Shown: positions 10,115 through 19,595 of the stretch, one piece after another
How positions within the stretch are numbered: the first letter of the stretch is position 1
Layout: the number at the start of each line of letters is the position of its first letter
Assembly: GCA_048939995.1 (NCBI GenBank)
Contig: JBHLOY010000006.1
Location: 32,001 to 96,000, forward strand
DNA from: Promethearchaeota archaeon
GTDB taxonomy: Archaea; Asgardarchaeota; Lokiarchaeia; Sigyniarchaeales; SOKP01
DNA length: 64,000 bases
Direction: 5' to 3'
Notes under the pieces: model-generated
What the model was told of the DNA's origin: nothing
Databases searched by the model: none
The model's input: only the letters and a program-made list of their open reading frames with translations
Translations under genes and position numbers: made by a program

Positions 10115-11177
10115 AATTAGAAATAAATTCAATATATTTTTTCAAATCGGAATTTTTACTTTTCGCATATTCTTCAAACTGCGTGGGAATAGCGCAACAT
10201 GCAGAATAAAATTTAAATGATACATCTGGCGATCTACCCTTTAACCATTTCAAAGTCTGAATTGAAGGAATTTCGATTCGAGTGATTCCAGCTAAAATAG
10301 AATACTTTTCAATTTGCAATTTGACTTTTCCTCTTGGTCTCATACAACCCAGGGAAATTTCCGTATTAGGGAATACAAATCTAATTATAGCAATTATCTT
10401 AGCAATATCAATCGGGTTTGGATGAAGAAATTTCTTCTTTGACTCTTTAGGAGGTATTAATGCAATTAATACGATTAATGATGGATTTATCCCTGATTCT
10501 TTAATATATTTTATAGCTTCTAATTCTTTATTTAATTTTCCGTAATATAAGCCAACACAAATATGAGGAACAATATTTAAATTATATTTCCTTAAATAAT
10601 CAACGGAATTCTTATAATCTTCAAGATTCTTATTTAAATGATATATATCTCTAACAATTTCCTCGTCCATGCTTATATCAAAAGAAACTATATCCACTTT
10701 TGATTCAGCTAACTTTTTTGCGGTACTTTCATTTAATAGTCCTGTGTGAGTATTTATTATTAAATTTGTTTTGCTTTTAATTAGTTTAATTGTGTCTAAA
10801 AACTCTAATAAAGGCACTGATCCATCCGGTTCACACCCTCCAGATATTAATGCTCCAATACCGCCATTTTTGTAATGAGTTAACAAAAAATCTTCTAAAT
10901 CCTCTTTAGAAAGTATTCCCTTCATTCCATTGAGATACTTCTTATTGCAATGTTCACATTGTAAAGCGCAATCAGAGCCAGTAATGCTAATTGCGGGAAA
11001 CTTCATATTAGGAATATATACTTTCAATTGTTTCCCAAAGTTCTTGATCTTCAAGCCATAGGCAACTTTCAGAAAAGAATCTATATCTCTTGGTTTTAAC
11101 TGGATTAACTTCGAGTATTCTGACCAAGAAGACAACCCTTCTTTAAATTTCTGTAATAACCGCTTTAATTCATTCAT
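10107..11177 (-). CDS. lipS1: Radical SAM protein, archaeal lipoyl synthase LipS1-like
   Basis: SITGSDCALQCEHC (CX3CX2C), GCMRP and C-terminal CC motifs; next to a lipoate ligase; ATG 11177 overlaps the upstream stop. Confidence 0.8.
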   Translation of the reverse strand: MNELKRLLQKFKEGLSSWSEYSKLIQLKPRDIDSFLKVAYGLKIKNFGKQLKVYIPNMKFPAISITGSDCALQCEHCNKKYLNGMKGILSKEDLEDFLLTHYKNGGIGALISGGCEPDGSVPLLEFLDTIKLIKSKTNLIINTHTGLLNESTAKKLAESKVDIVSFDISMDEEIVRDIYHLNKNLEDYKNSVDYLRKYNLNIVPHICVGLYYGKLNKELEAIKYIKESGINPSLIVLIALIPPKESKKKFLHPNPIDIAKIIAIIRFVFPNTEISLGCMRPRGKVKLQIEKYSILAGITRIEIPSIQTLKWLKGRSPDVSFKFYSACCAIPTQFEEYAKSKNSDLKKYIEFISNYE

Positions 11178-11949
11178 ATTTCGCTGTCCATTTTTCATTT
11201 GAATATTTATCAATCATTAAAGACCTTGCTGTATCCATTTCATATTCAGAAAAATTACCATCTTCTAATTTGATGTATAAAGCAGACTCAAAACCTTGTT
11301 TTAATGACTGTAAAAAATTGTCTTCATCATAAATAATAAGTTGTTCTTTGATCCCTATACATTTGGAATAGACAGATCTTACCATTTTTGATTTTGATAC
11401 GTTACTGGGTGCTTTTAATACAGAATACATTAGTTCTGGATTAATTTCTAATAATATTGTACCATGTTGAAGAAGATAACCTTGCTTCCTAATTTGGGCA
11501 TTCCCTGAGAATTTTTTACCATTTAAAAATATAGCTGGACAATGTATAACTCCTTTTTCTGGCTTTAAACCATAATTGGTTAATCCTTTAATAATACCAG
11601 TTTCAATTAACTCAAATTGCTCAATTACTGTCTTAGCATTAAGATTTTCAAGAAATTTTAGGGAACATACAATTGAATATGTGATTTCGCCAGTCTCATC
11701 ATGAAAAACTGCTCCTCCTCCAGTAATTCTTCTTACAATATTAAAATCCTTCTGTTTAACTATCTGTAAATGTACCTCTGTTGAAAGACTTTGATTCCTA
11801 CCTATTGATATTGTTGATGGTTTCCATTTATAGAATCTAATTGTAAAAGGAGATATTCTATTAGTAACTGATCTTAAAATAGCTTCATCTAAAGCCATAT
11901 TCCAGTAACCATTTTCTGTCCGTAAAGGTATAAATCGCCAACTTTCCAT
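11170..11949 (-). CDS. Lipoate/octanoate-protein ligase catalytic domain (LplA/LipM family)
   Basis: NMALDEA, RRITGGGAVFHD, GKKFSGNAQ, LQHGTIL; no LplB-type C-terminal domain. Confidence 0.92.
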   Translation of the reverse strand: MESWRFIPLRTENGYWNMALDEAILRSVTNRISPFTIRFYKWKPSTISIGRNQSLSTEVHLQIVKQKDFNIVRRITGGGAVFHDETGEITYSIVCSLKFLENLNAKTVIEQFELIETGIIKGLTNYGLKPEKGVIHCPAIFLNGKKFSGNAQIRKQGYLLQHGTILLEINPELMYSVLKAPSNVSKSKMVRSVYSKCIGIKEQLIIYDEDNFLQSLKQGFESALYIKLEDGNFSEYEMDTARSLMIDKYSNEKWTAKYE

Positions 11950-11968
11950 GATTCTTCACAAAATCTTA

Positions 11969-12967
11969 TTATAGGAATTTTAAAAGTGACTGATAAATCT
12001 CTTCTTGCTCCATTATCATTAATTTCCGTGGAAAATTATACATTGGTCCTGAAGGTGTAGATGTATAATAAGGACGATTACAACCTGGACATCCAGTAGT
12101 CATGAATGCATCAGAATTTTCAATAATATTCAATAAATCATATCGATTTAAATTAAATTTGATAAGATCGCCTTTTATATTGAATGTAAAATCGCTAGCT
12201 TTTTTGATCTCATTCATTATTAAATATCTACCAAGCTGAATTTTCCTGAATCCGATAAGATCTGGTCTTAATTTATTTTGAAGCTTTGTTCCCTTAATTG
12301 GAGTGAATGCAAATAAACTAACTTTAATTTTTAAATTAAATAAATCTTGAATTAGTTCTAAAATTTGTTGTTGGGTTTCTCCTAAACCTATTATCAAATG
12401 AGTAGTAACTTGACCCTCCGAGAAAATCTCTAATGCCCCTTTTAAACTTTGAAGGTGCTTATTCCAATTATAGGGACCGCTCACCCCTTTTCCCTTTATC
12501 GCTTCAAAGATCTCTTCAGTTGACCCATCTAATGCGATTCCTATTCTATCAACACCAATCAATTTCAATTCTTTTAATCTACTCTTCTCCATTGGTGGTA
12601 TAGCTGTAGAAATGGGTATATTTGAATTTGTTCTAATTTGTGATATAATCTCAACTAAATCACTAAAATTTTGTTTATAATTTAATGTTTGTATACATAT
12701 TCTCTTAAATCTTTTAGGAGGAGGCATATAATTTAATTTTGTCAAAAATTCCTTAAATTCAAATATAGGCCATGTAATTCGAGATAAAAACTCAGTAGAT
12801 CCTTCAGAATCTCTAGCTTGAGGACAAAATCCACAATTTGCGACACAATGCCCTTCAATATAGGTCATACAATAGCATGTAGTTGGAATTTCTTCATAGC
12901 CTTTATTCTTAATTAATCCCAATACTGCTGCACTCCCTATAGAAACTCTGATTTTTTCAACAGTCAT
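11969..12967 (-). CDS. lipS2: Radical SAM protein, archaeal lipoyl synthase LipS2-like
   Basis: CVANCGFC plus TTGCPGCNRPYY motif. Confidence 0.8.
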   Translation of the reverse strand: MTVEKIRVSIGSAAVLGLIKNKGYEEIPTTCYCMTYIEGHCVANCGFCPQARDSEGSTEFLSRITWPIFEFKEFLTKLNYMPPPKRFKRICIQTLNYKQNFSDLVEIISQIRTNSNIPISTAIPPMEKSRLKELKLIGVDRIGIALDGSTEEIFEAIKGKGVSGPYNWNKHLQSLKGALEIFSEGQVTTHLIIGLGETQQQILELIQDLFNLKIKVSLFAFTPIKGTKLQNKLRPDLIGFRKIQLGRYLIMNEIKKASDFTFNIKGDLIKFNLNRYDLLNIIENSDAFMTTGCPGCNRPYYTSTPSGPMYNFPRKLMIMEQEEIYQSLLKFL

Positions 12968-13102
12968 TATGCTTTCTTAGGTTTTTAATTAAGTTAAGTT
13001 TTATCCAATTAATTTAATTTCTATTTCAAAAAAAATTTATTGAATTAATTATTCAAAATAATATTTAATTGAAGAATTTTGTATTGATTAGGTCTTAATT
13101 GT

Positions 13103-15889
13103 ATGGTTGAATACGATCCTCACAAAATCGAGAAAAAATGGCAACAGAAATGGGAAAACAGTAAAATTTTTGAAGTTACGGAGAATCTAGCAAAAAAAGA
13201 ATCTAAATACTATGTTCTTGAAATGTATCCGTATCCTTCTTCAGAATTACACATGGGCCATCTCCGAAATTATTCAATTGGAGATTCATTTGCACGGTAT
13301 AAAAGAATGTGTGGATTCAATATATTATATCCTATGGGATATGATTCTTTTGGGCTACCTGCTGAAAATGCTGCGATTGAACATGGACTTGATCCAAGAA
13401 AATGGACAGATTCTAATATCAAAGCAATTCAAAAACAGCAAAAACGCATCGGGCTTTCATATGATTGGACACGAATGATATTTAGTCATGATCCTAATTA
13501 CTATAAATGGGATCAATGGTTCTTTTTGAAAATGCTTGAAAAAGGGTTGGCTTATAGAGAAAATTCATATGTAAATTGGTGTCCAGATTGTGCAACAGTT
13601 CTTGCAAACGAACAAGTTCAAGCTGGTAAATGCTGGAGATGTGATACAGAAGTCGAGCAAAAATTTCTAACTCAATGGTTTTTAAAAATAAGAGAATATG
13701 CCGAAGAACTTCTTGATGGATTAAAAATTGTTGATTGGCCTGAAAAAGTAAAGATAATGCAGAGCAACTGGATAGGAAAATCAGAAGGTTCAATCATTAA
13801 ATTTAGAATTGAAGGAGAGGATCGTACAATTGATATTTTTACAACAAGAGCGGACACTTTATATGGAGTAACTTTTATGGTTTTTGCTCCTGAACATCCT
13901 TGGGTTAGAGAATGGGTAGATAACTCTGAATATAAAAATAAATTTGAAATTTTCTATTCAGAAGTAATGAAACAAAACAAGTTTGAAAGAACTAATATAG
14001 ATATTGAAAAGAAAGGGATGTTTATCGGAAAGTATGCTATAAATCCAATAAATAAAGAAAAAGTCCCTATTTATATAGGAAATTTTGTCATATACGAATA
14101 TGGCGCTGGAGCAGTAATGGCCGTTCCTGCCCACGATCAACGAGACTTCGAGTTTGCTAAAGCATTTAATATCCCAATTAAAGTTGTGATTCAACCCTAT
14201 GATTATGAATTAAATTCTGAAAAAATAACTAGAGCTTATGAAAGTGATGGGATTTTAACTAACTCAGATGAGTTTAATGGAATAGAAAATAAAAGTGCTA
14301 TTAATTCAATTACTAAAAAGTTAGAAGAGAAGGGAATGGGATTTAAAACCATAAACTTTAAATTAAGAGATTGGCTAATTTCACGTCAGAGGTATTGGGG
14401 GTGCCCAATCCCCATTATATATTGCAGTGACTGCGGAATTGTTCCCGTTCCTTATGATGATTTGCCCGTAGAATTACCAACGGATGTTAAATTTACTGGC
14501 AAGGGAAATCCACTAAAAACAAGTAAAAGTTTCATAAATGTAATTTGCCCAGAATGTGGGAAAGATGCTAAACGAGAAACCGATACAATGGACACATTCA
14601 TAGATAGTTCTTGGTATTTCTTTAGATATTGTGATCCAAAGTCTAAAGAAATACCATATAGAAAAGAAATTGTAGATTACTGGGGAAATGTTGATCAGTA
14701 TATCGGTGGGATTGAACATGCTGTTATGCACTTATTATATGCTAGATTTTTTACGAAAGTTGCTCGAGATTTAAATTTACATTCTCATGATGAGCCATTC
14801 CAAAAATTATTAACACAGGGTATGATAAATAAAGCTCATCCCTACTGTCAGACGTGTAATACATTCGCAATGAAATCAGATATGAAAAATAAGGAATGTA
14901 AACGCTGTGGTAGTAAATATATATTAAAAAGTGTAAAAATGAGTAAAAGTCTTGGTAATACTGTTGATCCAATTACTATAATGGATCAATATGGCGCTGA
15001 TGCCGCAAGATTTTTTATCCTTTTTGGCGCAAGTCCAAAATCAGGACTAGAATGGTCTGACGAAGGTGTTAATTTTGCGTTTAAGTTTATAACGAATTTT
15101 TTCATGTTGATGTGCGAAAAAAATGGTAAATTTAGAAATGAAATTACAATCAAGGATAATCTAGTTGACTATTACTTGAATAAGACTATCAAAAATGTTA
15201 CTGAAAGTCTAGAAGTGATTGATATAAGAAAGGCACTTAATGAGATTATACAATCTACATCAGAATTAACTAAATACAAAGTTGAAAGAGTGAATGAAAA
15301 AATTTTCACTACATGTAAGAAAAATTTAGTTCAATTGTTACATCCATTTATACCACATGTAACTGAAGAAATATGGCAGATTTTAGGAAATAATGATTTT
15401 TTAAGCCTTACTCAATGGCCATCTTATAAAGAAGAAGTTTTAACACTTGAAAATGAATACAAATGGAAGCTTTTAGATAATACCATCAATTCAATAAATC
15501 AGATTTTGCAAATAGTCAAGAAGAGAGATATTAAGAGTTTAATTATAATTATTGCAGCCGAATGGAAATATCGATTTGTCTCAGATTTATTAGATTTAAT
15601 TGAAAATCTAGAAGATCCTAAAATAATAATAAAAGAGCTACTAAAAAATGAAAAATATAAAGAACACACAAAAGTCATTCCTCAAATAGTAGGGAAAATA
15701 TTGAAAAAACGCGGTAAATTTGTAAAGTCCCCATTATCTTTTAATGAAGAATATCAATTTTTTATAAATTTGAAACAAATACTGGAAAAAAAATATTCTT
15801 GTACTATTAAGATCACCTCTGAATTAAAATCTCTCGAACAAAAAGCAACACAAGCTTTACCTGGAAGACCTGCTATTATCTTAAAATAA
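13103..15889 (+). CDS. leuS: Leucine--tRNA ligase (bacterial-type core, archaeal-type C-terminus)
   Basis: HMGH and KMSKS motifs; editing domain FTTRADT and GAGAVMAVPAHDQRD; DWLISRQRYWG. Confidence 0.97.
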   Translation: MVEYDPHKIEKKWQQKWENSKIFEVTENLAKKESKYYVLEMYPYPSSELHMGHLRNYSIGDSFARYKRMCGFNILYPMGYDSFGLPAENAAIEHGLDPRKWTDSNIKAIQKQQKRIGLSYDWTRMIFSHDPNYYKWDQWFFLKMLEKGLAYRENSYVNWCPDCATVLANEQVQAGKCWRCDTEVEQKFLTQWFLKIREYAEELLDGLKIVDWPEKVKIMQSNWIGKSEGSIIKFRIEGEDRTIDIFTTRADTLYGVTFMVFAPEHPWVREWVDNSEYKNKFEIFYSEVMKQNKFERTNIDIEKKGMFIGKYAINPINKEKVPIYIGNFVIYEYGAGAVMAVPAHDQRDFEFAKAFNIPIKVVIQPYDYELNSEKITRAYESDGILTNSDEFNGIENKSAINSITKKLEEKGMGFKTINFKLRDWLISRQRYWGCPIPIIYCSDCGIVPVPYDDLPVELPTDVKFTGKGNPLKTSKSFINVICPECGKDAKRETDTMDTFIDSSWYFFRYCDPKSKEIPYRKEIVDYWGNVDQYIGGIEHAVMHLLYARFFTKVARDLNLHSHDEPFQKLLTQGMINKAHPYCQTCNTFAMKSDMKNKECKRCGSKYILKSVKMSKSLGNTVDPITIMDQYGADAARFFILFGASPKSGLEWSDEGVNFAFKFITNFFMLMCEKNGKFRNEITIKDNLVDYYLNKTIKNVTESLEVIDIRKALNEIIQSTSELTKYKVERVNEKIFTTCKKNLVQLLHPFIPHVTEEIWQILGNNDFLSLTQWPSYKEEVLTLENEYKWKLLDNTINSINQILQIVKKRDIKSLIIIIAAEWKYRFVSDLLDLIENLEDPKIIIKELLKNEKYKEHTKVIPQIVGKILKKRGKFVKSPLSFNEEYQFFINLKQILEKKYSCTIKITSELKSLEQKATQALPGRPAIILK

Positions 15890-16029
15890 TTTTTTGAAAT
15901 TTCTTTTTTTTGTCACATTTATATTAACTCAATTAATTTAAATATTTTAAGTTAAATCATTATTATAAGCTATTATAAATTGATAATCTAAAAATTTTTG
16001 AATAAATATTACAGTTAAGATCTAAAATC

Positions 16030-16887
16030 ATGACTTTCTATGAGTTTTCAGTCATAACTAATACGGGATTTCCTTATTATCACATAAACGTAAAAGATCC
16101 GCCCAAGGACGCGAAATTATTTTTAAGATTTTTTGATTTTGCTGAAAATAAAGCCAATCAAAATCTGGATTTTGACCCTATCAGTTCATTTGAACTAAAT
16201 GCTGGCTTAGTCTCTGCTCTATTCGAATTTGCGCGAAATTTGAATAAGAAAATTGAAATTCTCGAATTTAATTCAAAAGAACTCATAAAAGATTCTGAAG
16301 AGGAATCCAAATATAATGGTGATGTATTAATAACTACACAGACCGAATCATATCTATTACATGAAGCAGTACATCAGAAAATTAAATTAATTTATGATTT
16401 GATAATTTCAGAAAAGATTCCTCTTGATTCCGCTTTGGAAATATTACAAAATGAGGAAGATCAAATAATGTATATTTTACTTGATAAAGAAGCTAAAAAC
16501 CGTATAAATAATAATAAGAATGAGATAACCAAAGTAGCAAATAACTTTCTCAATGAAATGAAAAATTATGGACTAAATGGATTATGTATCACCTCTTTTG
16601 ATTTATCACCACTTTTAGTATTTGGAAAAACTACTAATTTAAATGATATTAACGTAATTTTAAGGCATATAGGAAATTTTCCAGAAATTTCACCAATGGA
16701 ATGGATTTATCGACAATCTTATATTTTAGAACAACAAATATGGGTTTATATCATTAATTCAGGTGTAGGTCCAACTACTAATGGTTTATTTGAACCTTAT
16801 TATTATCTTTTATTCGCTGAACCGCAATCCTATCTAGGAGAATTTCCTGGAAAAGTAGCTGTAAAAATGAATCAAATTCTTGGATAG
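16030..16887 (+). CDS. Hypothetical protein, possible longin-like N-terminal domain
   Basis: FSVITNTGFPYY...LNAGLVSALFEFA resembles the longin beta-hairpin/helix pattern; weak. Confidence 0.4.
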   Translation: MTFYEFSVITNTGFPYYHINVKDPPKDAKLFLRFFDFAENKANQNLDFDPISSFELNAGLVSALFEFARNLNKKIEILEFNSKELIKDSEEESKYNGDVLITTQTESYLLHEAVHQKIKLIYDLIISEKIPLDSALEILQNEEDQIMYILLDKEAKNRINNNKNEITKVANNFLNEMKNYGLNGLCITSFDLSPLLVFGKTTNLNDINVILRHIGNFPEISPMEWIYRQSYILEQQIWVYIINSGVGPTTNGLFEPYYYLLFAEPQSYLGEFPGKVAVKMNQILG

Positions 16888-16895
16888 AATCTTTT

Positions 16896-17666
16896 TTAAG
16901 TAATACTCCCTTCTGCTGCCTTAATTATTTTGAAAAGAGATTTTGCTTCTAATGATGCCCCTCCCACTAATCCACCATCAATATTTTCTTTTTTAAATAA
17001 GGCTTCCGCATTATCTGGTTTAATCGACCCCCCATATTGAATTCTTACTTTTTGAGCAGTCTCTTTATCGTATATTTTTTCTAAGACTTCACGAATATAG
17101 ATATGGATCTCTTCAGCTTGTTCTGGTGTTGCCGTTTTACCTGTTCCTATTGCCCATATTGGCTCATAAGCAATAATGGTCTTAATAATCTCTTTTTTAT
17201 TAAGATTTCTAAAAGTATTAGTGAATTGATTAAGAATGAAATCCTTAGTATTGCCCAATTCTCTATCATTGAGGTGTTCTCCTATACATACAATTGCATT
17301 TAATCCAATCTCTAATGCTTTTTTTAGCTTTTTATTTACTAATTCATCAGTTTCATGGAAAACATCTCTTCTTTCACTGTGACCTAAAATAACATATTGA
17401 CATCCAATTTCTTTTAGAAAATTAGGAGAAATCTCCCCTGTAAAAGCACCTTTCTCTTCAAAATACATGTTTTGAGCTCCTATTTTTATTTGAGTCTTCT
17501 CAACGGCATCTAATATAGTAGCTAATACTGTGTATGGTGGGAAAATAACTATATCAACGGAATCTATTTTCTTTATTAATGATTTAAACTCACGAATCAT
17601 ATCTAATGCTTCCATAGGAGTTCCATAATTCATTTTCCAATTTGCTCCAATAACTGGTTTTCTCAT
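16896..17666 (-). CDS. tpiA: Triosephosphate isomerase, bacterial/eukaryotic type
   Basis: ANWKMN, GAFTGEIS, GHSERR, AYEPIWAIGTG, YGGS, LVGGASL; ATG 17666 (ORF track GTG 17675). Confidence 0.97.
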   Translation of the reverse strand: MRKPVIGANWKMNYGTPMEALDMIREFKSLIKKIDSVDIVIFPPYTVLATILDAVEKTQIKIGAQNMYFEEKGAFTGEISPNFLKEIGCQYVILGHSERRDVFHETDELVNKKLKKALEIGLNAIVCIGEHLNDRELGNTKDFILNQFTNTFRNLNKKEIIKTIIAYEPIWAIGTGKTATPEQAEEIHIYIREVLEKIYDKETAQKVRIQYGGSIKPDNAEALFKKENIDGGLVGGASLEAKSLFKIIKAAEGSIT

Positions 17667-17760
17667 AAAAAACACATTTGTGTGCGATGATTTTTGACCA
17701 AAACTCCATCAAGTTTAAAAAATTTTAAAAATAAAACTAACTTTAAATGTAAAAAAAAGA

Positions 17761-18264
17761 TTACTCTGATTTCTTAACTTTTTCAGTTAAACCTGAAGTC
17801 TCTAATAGCTTCTTTACTTCATCTACATCTGGGGCTATAACTTTTGGTAATCCTAGTTGATCTCTTCTTCTCTCAATAGCAGGTTGCATTGGAATGGCTT
17901 TTCCATGCTCTAATATAGTGAATGCTTGAGTAGTATAATAATCTGGAGCTTCTCCTCTTATTACGCTCATATTTTTTAAAATAGTAAAAATCTCGGTTAA
18001 TTCAACCTTTTGAGGGCAAACCTCATCACAAGTGTCACAGACTGTACATCCCCAGATATTAAATGCATTTTCTTTTCCAAAAATCTTTTCTTTTAATCCA
18101 AGGAGAGCATCCAAAATAAGTCTTCTTGGATTATAGCGACCATTAGTAACTTGTGCTACTGGGCATGCTCCACTACAAGTAGCACATTGATAACAATAAG
18201 CAAGTGTACTTCCAATATCAGATTGAATAATCTGATTTCTAAAATTAAAATCTATTGTTGCCAT
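17761..18264 (-). CDS. hdrC: Heterodisulfide reductase subunit C-like 2x[4Fe-4S] protein
   Basis: CYQCATCSGACP, YNPRRLI, WGCTVCDTCDEVCPQ. Confidence 0.85.
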   Translation of the reverse strand: MATIDFNFRNQIIQSDIGSTLAYCYQCATCSGACPVAQVTNGRYNPRRLILDALLGLKEKIFGKENAFNIWGCTVCDTCDEVCPQKVELTEIFTILKNMSVIRGEAPDYYTTQAFTILEHGKAIPMQPAIERRRDQLGLPKVIAPDVDEVKKLLETSGLTEKVKKSE

Positions 18265-18447
18265 TTTTTTTCTTCTTGGGCTATCTTAGACTTATATATT
18301 ATAACTTTTTCTCTATTTTAAAATTAATTCTTTTATTCTTCAAGCAAAACCATCTTTAGTAAGATAGTTTAATGCAATTAAAGGAATTGAAATTAATAAA
18401 TTTTAAATGAAAATAAAAGGGTACAAATTTGAATTTATGCTTCATAC

Positions 18448-18813
18448 TTAGTTATTATTTATTTTCGAGATTATTTCTTTAATAATAGTCTCTCCTGCTG
18501 CACCTACCATTATCCCGTCTTTAACTAATGGTTGTCCTTGAATTTCAATAATACCATTAACCATTTCACCATTGTTGAAAAATAGAAGTGTGGGTATAGC
18601 TGTTACACCGAACCTTTCTCCTAAAGGTCTATTTTGATCTAAATCTACTTTTATCAATCGTATTAGTCCTTCATCTTTAAGTTTTTCTAAGATAGGGCTT
18701 AGAAACTTACAAGGTCCACACCAAACAGTATAGATATCACATACAAGAACTCCTTGTTTCATATCCTCGGTTATTTCGATACCATACTTCTTTAAATCCT
18801 CGACATTTATCAT
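18448..18813 (-). CDS. trxA: Thioredoxin
   Basis: WCGPC active site, IPTLLFF cis-Pro loop. Confidence 0.93.
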   Translation of the reverse strand: MINVEDLKKYGIEITEDMKQGVLVCDIYTVWCGPCKFLSPILEKLKDEGLIRLIKVDLDQNRPLGERFGVTAIPTLLFFNNGEMVNGIIEIQGQPLVKDGIMVGAAGETIIKEIISKINNN

Positions 18814-19087
18814 AAAATCTCAGCTTTTAATATGGGAATTTTTGATCAATTTACTTTTAATAGTATAATAAATAATAAATTATTTTGGTAAATATTAATG
18901 GCATTAATGAAAATGTGTTTATATTAATTTCACTTATAAAAAATCAAGAAGCTAATAAGAATAGTTGTGAGAATCAGTTCATAATAAAAGTCATCTGTAT
19001 AAAATTCGAATTCGTATCATAAATATTAAATTAGATTATCTTTTTTCAAATATTATTTAAATTTTGATTTTTCTGAGTTAACTAATT

Positions 19088-19594
19088 ATGAGTAATACAA
19101 GAAAAGATTTAGTCCAATCAGAAGCTACTATGAATCAAATGCGAAATGCAATTTATCATCTACAGCGGTTCATGAAAAATAATAACGTTTCTGAAATTAG
19201 ACGAAGGTTTCATAGAATGGGTCAAAATATTGCGCATACATATATAAAGAATTGGAAACCCATTGAAATAGTAAACATCACAAATATAAAAAATCTTATT
19301 GCTACTATTTATAAAAGTATCCTTAATAGCTCAGTTTCAATAGAAATTAATGAGAATGAGAAACATATTATAGTTAAAGATAGTGATTGTGCTCTCTGTA
19401 AGTATCATTTTGAGGATATTGAAATAGCTGGATGTGAAATTATCGCTGCGATGGTAGCTGAATTTATATTATTGATAAATAAGCAAAATAATGGTTATTC
19501 ATTTCTCATTCATCCTATTGAAATAAAGGAATCAAGAACCTTCGGGCAGAAGTCATGTGTTCAACAATTTGAATATACTAACGGAGGAAAATGA
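19088..19594 (+). CDS. V4R/H-NOX/TRAPP-Bet3 fold protein
   Basis: FHRMGQNIA helix, IIVKDSDCALC, GCEIIAAMVAE, terminal ESRTFGQKSCVQ. Confidence 0.6.
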   Translation: MSNTRKDLVQSEATMNQMRNAIYHLQRFMKNNNVSEIRRRFHRMGQNIAHTYIKNWKPIEIVNITNIKNLIATIYKSILNSSVSIEINENEKHIIVKDSDCALCKYHFEDIEIAGCEIIAAMVAEFILLINKQNNGYSFLIHPIEIKESRTFGQKSCVQQFEYTNGGK

Positions 19595-19595
19595 A

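Noticed and set aside
10107-12967. Biotin synthase annotation for the two radical SAM genes
   Set aside because: GCMR/CC and TxGCPxCNRP motifs plus the intervening lipoate ligase fit LipS1/LipS2 better
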